Shown here: positions 57,223 to 64,000 of the stretch, in pieces
Numbering within the stretch: position 1 is the stretch's first letter
Layout of the letters: each line of letters starts with the position of its first letter
Source: Octopus vulgaris
Lineage: Eukaryota
Assembly (NCBI GenBank): GCA_951406725.2
Contig: OX597824.1
Span: 55,862,001 to 55,926,000, forward strand
Length of the DNA stretch: 64,000 nucleotides
Direction: 5' to 3'
Program-made: the position numbers and the translations under genes
The notes under the pieces: generated by a model
Told to the model about the DNA's origin: nothing
What the model saw: the letters and a program-made list of their open reading frames with translations, nothing else
Databases searched by the model: none

Positions 57223-59293
57223 TCTCTATATATATAAAACTGAGAATGTGTGTGTGTCTGTCAGTCTGTGTGTTTCCCTAAAACTTGAGAACTACACAAC
57301 CAATTCCATTCAAATTTTACACATGCCTTACTTAGGGTCCATGTTTCATGGGCAAAAAAAATGTTCAACTTCTTGCCTAGAGCGAGCCCATAGCAATATC
57401 ATATCTTCTCCACTATTTCAGTATTACGTGTTAAAAGTGGAACAAAAACATCTCTCTATTTTATGTCAGATATTTTCACTTTAACAATAAAAAATAGAGA
57501 TAATAATAACAATTGAATTATATGTAGTAAGTAATAATTAAAATCAAACTAAAGTATGATATAATAATTAAATCGTAACATTGCATCAATGACTTGAACT
57601 TGAATCAGTGGTTTCCCATGAATGGGAATAAATTAAAAATAAAATTTAAGTGCAGAAATAGAATAGTCCAGATGGAGGTGTGCACGTCTTTTACATTAGA
57701 TTATTTGCTAATTAGCTAGCATTAAGTATCTATATGAAGTTTGGCTGTATGAAAGATGCTTCTACTGATTACCGCTGTTGGTTTATTTCTGATCCATAAA
57801 GGCCTATAGCTTCAACATAGTACTGCTTTTTTGTTTACCGTAAGGTTTGTTGTTATTATTATTTCTGTTTAACTATTGTTATCACTTTTGTTGGTTCCTC
57901 GTAAGGGAAGCATTGTTGTGTTGCATTTGTTAAATAATTGTAAACCGTAACCCTCCCCCTTTGGGAGAAGGAGCTTTGGTTATTGTTTAAAAATTGAATT
58001 GTGTCCCTGTTTGGGGAAATTGACAATATTTTCACCGTTTACACGGAAGCATTTTTGTTAGAATGATATCTTCTCCACTATTTCAGTATTACGTGTTAAA
58101 AGTGAAACAAAAACATTTCTCTATTTTATGTCAAATACTTTCACTGTAACAATAAAAATTAGAGATAATAATAATTGAATTATTGTAGTAAGTAATAATT
58201 AAAATCAAACTAAAGTATAATATAATCGTAACATAACAAAAGTAAAAATAGTAATAGGTATAAAATTACATTAATGACTAGAAAATGAATAAGTGGTTTC
58301 ACATGAATGGGAATAAATTAAATTAAATCAACTGCGTACTGCTTTTTAATTCACCGTAAGGTTTGTTGTTATTATTATTACTGTTTAACTATTGTTATCA
58401 CGTGCTTTGTTTCCCCGTAAGGGAAACGTTGTTGTGTTGCATTTGTTAAATAATTGTACACTGTAACCCTCCCCTTTGGGAGAAGGAGCTTTGGTTATTG
58501 TTTAAAAATTGAATTGTGTCCCTGTTTGGGGAAATTGACAATATTTTCACCGTTTATATGGAAGCATTTTTGTTAGAATGATAGAAGAAAGTCCAAAAAT
58601 GAATTTCGCTGCAGCCGTTGGTGGGCAGCGAACTCATTAAAATTAAAATGGAAGAAATACAAACCTATTTCGGATTGATCACCGACAAAGACGGTGAATC
58701 TAGGATAACACCACCAAACGAAATAAAAAATAAAACTAAAGAAAAGACTATTGCCTATAAAGTATACAATGTAGAGAAAAAAAACGATTTGAACACCTGG
58801 AGGAAAGCACCATAAAAAAGTATCTTGGTGTGACTATTAAAGATATCAAGTATCTAACCAGAGGCGGTAAATTCGCCACAATAGAAGCAAGGTTCAAGTC
58901 AATGGAGCATGCAAGGGAGTACTCGACTTGAACCTTGGAAAGTGGAAATATTTTATTTTTACCTTTATATCTGGGGCGCAGGACGTACCGGATAAAAGTT
59001 TAAAATGCCCCCCCCCCCCCCGAAGTAGAGGTAGGCTGGATTGTAGCCACACTTCTATACAAGAGGGAGGACAAGATACAATTGATTGAAATTACAAGAG
59101 ACGGGCTAACAATTCCAGTCTGTTATATATTTTGAGTATTGTTATCACTAGCGATATCAAGATATAACTTTGTATTTTGTATTTTATGCGTAGATGTATA
59201 TATATAGATGTACATGTAATATGTACACATATATATACACATATATACATGCACTAGCACTAAGACCCGGCAACGACGGGTCTTTAATGCTAG
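57223..59293 (+). mobile_element. Non-autonomous Helitron with internal duplication and captured Gag/ORF1-like fragment (58580-59120)
   Basis: 5' A|TCTCTATATATATAAAACTGAGAATG and 3' hairpin GACCCGGCAACGACGGGTC...CTAG|T. Reverse complement of the 4038-5585 family. Confidence 0.85.
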
Positions 59294-60348
59294 TATTATT
59301 ATATGTTGATACAATAATACTGTTATGTATATTACATTCACAGTGATATTGTTTCATATAGTATATAATACTGTTTTGTACATTAAGTGTACTAATAATT
59401 CTGTTATATTTATGAAGCGTAATATAATAATATTGTTATATATAGTGTACAATAATACTATTACATATGTAATGTAATAATAACCTAATTAAATTCAGAA
59501 TAGTAAAAACTAATTTCATCTGCAAGTGTCAAGTCAGGTATTATTAGTCCAGTGGACTGGCAAAGTTGTTAAAGCATTGAACAAAATGTCTTATGATATT
59601 TGTTCCAATTCTTTACCTTCTGAGTTCAAATCTTGCAGAGGTCATTTTTATTTTTCATCACTTTTGGATCAATAAAATAGAGGGGGTTGATGTAATCAAC
59701 CAACTCTCTTCCCGTCAAAATCTTCTGGAATTGTGCCTAAATTAGGAAGAATTATTATCATCATCATTATTATTATTATTGAGTGAAAGAGCAGTGCATG
59801 CCATCAAAGTGACGCTGGGGTACAATTATACAACGCCCAATATAACCATCATGACTACCTGTCTGAGAAGAGTACACCAGGCACATGCATCACAACCACA
59901 TGTATGCGACATGGTGATCTTATATCAAGATAAACAGCTTGTGACCTTGCAGGTGGGGCTAGGTTAGAATTTTCTTCAGGTCAAGCAGCCCATCCCACTC
60001 AAAAGGTCCCTGAATAAGGTTTGTTTGAGGATGATGAACGAAACACCCATGTTTCCAGAAGTGAATTATTCAAACCTCAAAGAACTCCTCTCAACACATG
60101 GCTATGATGCTCCTCTACTACTTGTAATTAGAGATGCACATATCGTCAACCACCAAGGGACATGCTCACCTAGTTAAGGCCAAACAACTGACATGCAAAT
60201 CTGTGGTGTTGAGCTGAATATTTGCTGTAGCCTATCTTTCATACCAAGACAAAACAATGTACATGATAACACTTCCGATCAGTTAAGATCAGAAGCCATG
60301 AGAGCCACTGCCTGGTACTTCATCAGGGCATTATTATTATTATTATAA

Positions 60349-60555
60349 GGGCGGCGAGCTGGCAGAATTGTTAGTATGCTAGGTGAAATGCTCAGCAGTA
60401 TTTCGTCCACCACTACATTCTGAGTTCAAATTCCAGTGAGGTCGACTTCGCTTTTCAGGGTCGATTAAATAAGTACCAGTTATGCACTGGGGTCAATGTA
60501 ATCGACTTACCCCCTCCCTGCAAATTTCAGGCCTTGTGCCTGTAATAGAAAGAAA

Positions 60556-60592
<37 letters not shown>

Positions 60593-60785
60593 AAGGTGGT
60601 GAGCTGGTAGAATTGTTACCATACCAGGCAAAATGCTTAGCAGCATTTTGTCCAAGGTCGACTTTGCCTTTCATCATTTTGGGGTTGATGAAATAAGTAC
60701 AAGTTGTGTACAGGGGTTAATATAATTGACTAAACCCCTCCCCACAAATTTCAGGCGTTTTGTCTTGGGTAGAAAGGATTATTAT
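60349..60785 (+). mobile_element. Two tandem tRNA-derived SINEs with (ATT)n tails
   Basis: GGCGGCGAGCTGGCAGAATTGTTAG A box and GAGTTCAAATTCC B box. Same family as 10394-10626. Confidence 0.75.
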
Positions 60786-61524
60786 TGTTATAAATTTTGT
60801 GTAGCCACTTAAGATTGGGACTTTAGATTCACTTGTATTCATTTACTGGTAACAATGATCTCCAATTACTGTAATTACTGTAATTTTTGTTTGGTCCTAA
60901 ACATTTTTTTAATATTTGTTATTTTTCTGCTGGATGATAAAGAAGATTTTGCATAGCTGAGGAATATAGCGCCTAGACTTTCAGCTATGTATGCATGTAG
61001 GACAGGTGATGTTGGTGGGTTTCATGTCCACTGGAAATGTTTTATTTGCTCTCAACACGTGGCATTTTATTGAGTATATCTAGTTGTTATTGCTTAACCT
61101 TAGGTTAGTCCTTTATCAAGTGGGCCTATGATCATAGGTTATTTTTTCATTCAAGTATATCCTTTCATTTTTAAGATGGTAGGGTGTGATTTGAGGCAGA
61201 TTTGGCTACTGTGTCTGATGGGTTGTATTCCTCTTATTTGTTTCATAAATACCTGATGTTTGTAAGTGCCATGACTTGCATGAAAGTTACCTACAAGAAT
61301 CTTGGAGAAGGGTCTGTTCTCTTTTTAGTCCCAGCTTCTAAACCTGGACTGAAGTTAAATAATGACTTTGTGAAAGTTTGGTAGTGGGAAAGAATTGAAA
61401 TTTTTATTGAAAATGTCGTTATAACATTTACTTCATTCATTTTAAACATTCCTTGACTTTCTCTCATCTAATGTGGTATGTATGTACACACACACACATT
61501 CATACATGTGTGTGCATACATGTA

Positions 61525-61555
<31 letters not shown>

Positions 61556-62495
61556 GTGTGTGTGAGACATATATATATATATGTCTCACATTCACTTTTC
61601 CTCTGTGGAGGTTTTGTATGTTTTAAATTTGTCTCTATGCCATCATTGATGACTAAGCGTGTAAGTATTTATAATTTCTATGTCTAGTCTGACCTTAACT
61701 CCAGCTTTATAATCAGTAAGCAGCAAACAGTAACTGTTACAATAATTGTAGACATTGAGGATGGTTGCTTGTTACATCAGTTGGTCTCTGGTTTTGTTTT
61801 GAGGAACAACTTTTAATGATATGAAAAAATAAAGCGTGGGTAGTGTCAGTGGCTTTAATAGTTTTCCATCTACCAAATTCACTCACAAGACTTTGGTCTA
61901 CATAGGGCTATAATAGAAAATACTTGCCAAGGTACTACACAGTGGGATTGAACTTGAAACCAAATTTCTCAACTGCTGATATTTTTCAAATATAATGAAT
62001 GGTGGTTCCCTAATATGGCAAGACTCTCTGGCTGAAAAGGTAAAAGAATAAACTAAAGTGACAGTTTTTTTGGTATTTTTTAGACTGTTGATTTTATTAT
62101 ATTCTTTGACTGCTCTCACTCATTTCAGTCATTAGACAGGCCATACTGAAGGACATAATACTGACTAGGACATAATTCATTACATCAACCTCTCTCAGTA
62201 CTTATTTTAGGATGAAGGATTAATGTGTGCATGTAAGTATGTATATATGTCTATATGCATACATGTATATTTATATGTGTATGCAGAGGCATATATGTGT
62301 GTTTGTATATGTGTGCATACACTGGTTTGTTATTCTGTGTGTGGAATTAGTGAATGTATATGTATGTTTGTATTATTATTATTTAACTCCAAGTCAGCAT
62401 TGAATTAATAGACTTATGATCATAAGCATTCCATCCATGGCCATCTCATACTTTTCGATGTTGTTAAACTTAGACAACATTCTCTAACGTGTTTA

Positions 62496-62528
<33 letters not shown>

Positions 62529-62561
62529 TTAAAAAAAAATTTTTTTTTTAAATTTTTTTTT

Positions 62562-62905
62562 TATACTTGTTTCAGTCATTTGACTGCGGCCATGCTGGAG
62601 CACCACCTTTTAGTACTTATTCTATCGGTCTCTTTTTGCCGAACCGCTAAGTGACGGGGACATAAACACACCAGCATCGGTTGTCAAGCAATGCTAGGGG
62701 GACAAACACAAACACACACATATACATATATATACATATATACGACAGGCTTCTTTCAGTTTCCGTCTACCAAATCCACTCACAAGGCATTGGTCGGCCC
62801 GGGGCTATAGCAGAAGACACTTGCCCAAGATGCCACGCAGTGGGACTGAACCCGCAACCGTGTGGTTGGTTAGCAAGCTACTTACCACACAGCCACTCCT
62901 GCGCC
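62562..62905 (-). mobile_element. tRNA-derived SINE
   Basis: Near-identical to 53817-54221. Confidence 0.85.
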
Positions 62906-62998
62906 TATATATATATATATATATTTGTGTGTGTGTGTATGTATATATATATATGTATGTATGTATGTAAACGTGTATATATATATATATGTATGTAC

Positions 62999-63055
<57 letters not shown>

Positions 63056-63179
63056 CATATGTGTGTGTATATATATATATATATGTATGTATGTACATAT
63101 GTGTGTGTATATATATATATATATGTATGTATGTACATATGTGTGTGTATATATATATATATATGTATGTATGTACATA

Positions 63180-63212
<33 letters not shown>

Positions 63213-63231
63213 GTAAATATGTATATATATA

Positions 63232-64000
63232 TAGACAGAAAGACCGATTTTATGACACCCTCTTGCAGACTACCTCATCAACGAATGACAGAGACCTTCT
63301 CTTTGTGGCTGGTGACTTCAGTAGGCATGTTGGACAACATTCAGGGGGATTACATGGAGGCTATGGTTTTGGTTCTTGCAATGAGGAGGGAACCAGGCTG
63401 CTGGAATTCTGTGATGCAAATGATCTTATGGTTTGTAATACTAACTTCAGATAACCTGCCAGTTACCTATTCACCTACTGATCTTGTAGACACACTAGTC
63501 AAATTTACTACATCCTTACCAGGAAACGGGAAAGATGGCTACTTATAAATGCCAAAACCTTTCCAGGTGAAGAATGCACCCCACAACATAGATTAGTAGT
63601 TAGCGGCATCAGGATCAGGGCTAAATGGATGCTCAGAGGACGACCAGCATGGAGTAGAAGGGTCTGCGAATAGACAGAGATTTAGAGACGTATTACTTGA
63701 AGCTTTTGACAAAATAGAGGGGGATATAGCATCACATGATGTGGAAGACAACTGGAGGTTTCTCCGGGACAACCTGTTGAGGGCTGCTGATCAGATCTGT
63801 GGATAGTGCAAAGTCCCCTCTCAACCCAAGGTAACGTGGTGGTGGAACAATGTAGCTGACAGGGTCATTAGGGAAAAGAAACAAGCATGGAAGGATTGGA
63901 AGAACGGTGGTAGCAGGGAATTGTATCAGACTGTTAGAAGGGATGCTAGGAGACCAGGTTTATTTAACCAGAGGGGAAGCAGAGAAAAAAATTTGCCAAT
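63232..64000 (+). mobile_element. RTE LINE fragment (AP endonuclease C-terminus and linker), runs off the window
   Basis: [48 protein letters not shown] and WWNN motifs, with stops. Confidence 0.85.

Overview
Eukaryotic, very AT-rich, repeat-dense genomic DNA. The huge (TA)n/(TATG)n tracts, tRNA-derived SINEs, RTE LINEs and Penelope-like remnants suggest a cephalopod (octopus-like) genome; this is inference. One clear host coding exon is present (28788-30276, +): an acidic, Ser/Pro-rich disordered N-terminus, possibly a long reticulon isoform. The rest is intergenic or intronic transposon debris: RTE and CR1-like LINE fragments, SINEs, non-autonomous Helitrons, Tc1/mariner relics, a solo LTR and Penelope-type ends carrying hammerhead ribozymes. 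The main finding is two divergent copies (7120-9653 and 14711-16991) of an RT-less element. Each is a ~350-360 nt hammerhead-ribozyme (retrozyme-like) unit carrying a 1.6-1.85 kb cassette that encodes a Gag/ORF1-like CCHC-knuckle protein. The cassette is bounded by 15-17 bp direct repeats immediately 5' of the ribozyme, and a cassette-free unit sits inverted inside the first copy. A third variant of the same ORF has been captured and spread by a Helitron. Two Penelope-like ends (40328-40398, 41225-41300) also show all hammerhead core strands in a non-canonical, pseudoknot-requiring order. All alignments and folds were done by eye.
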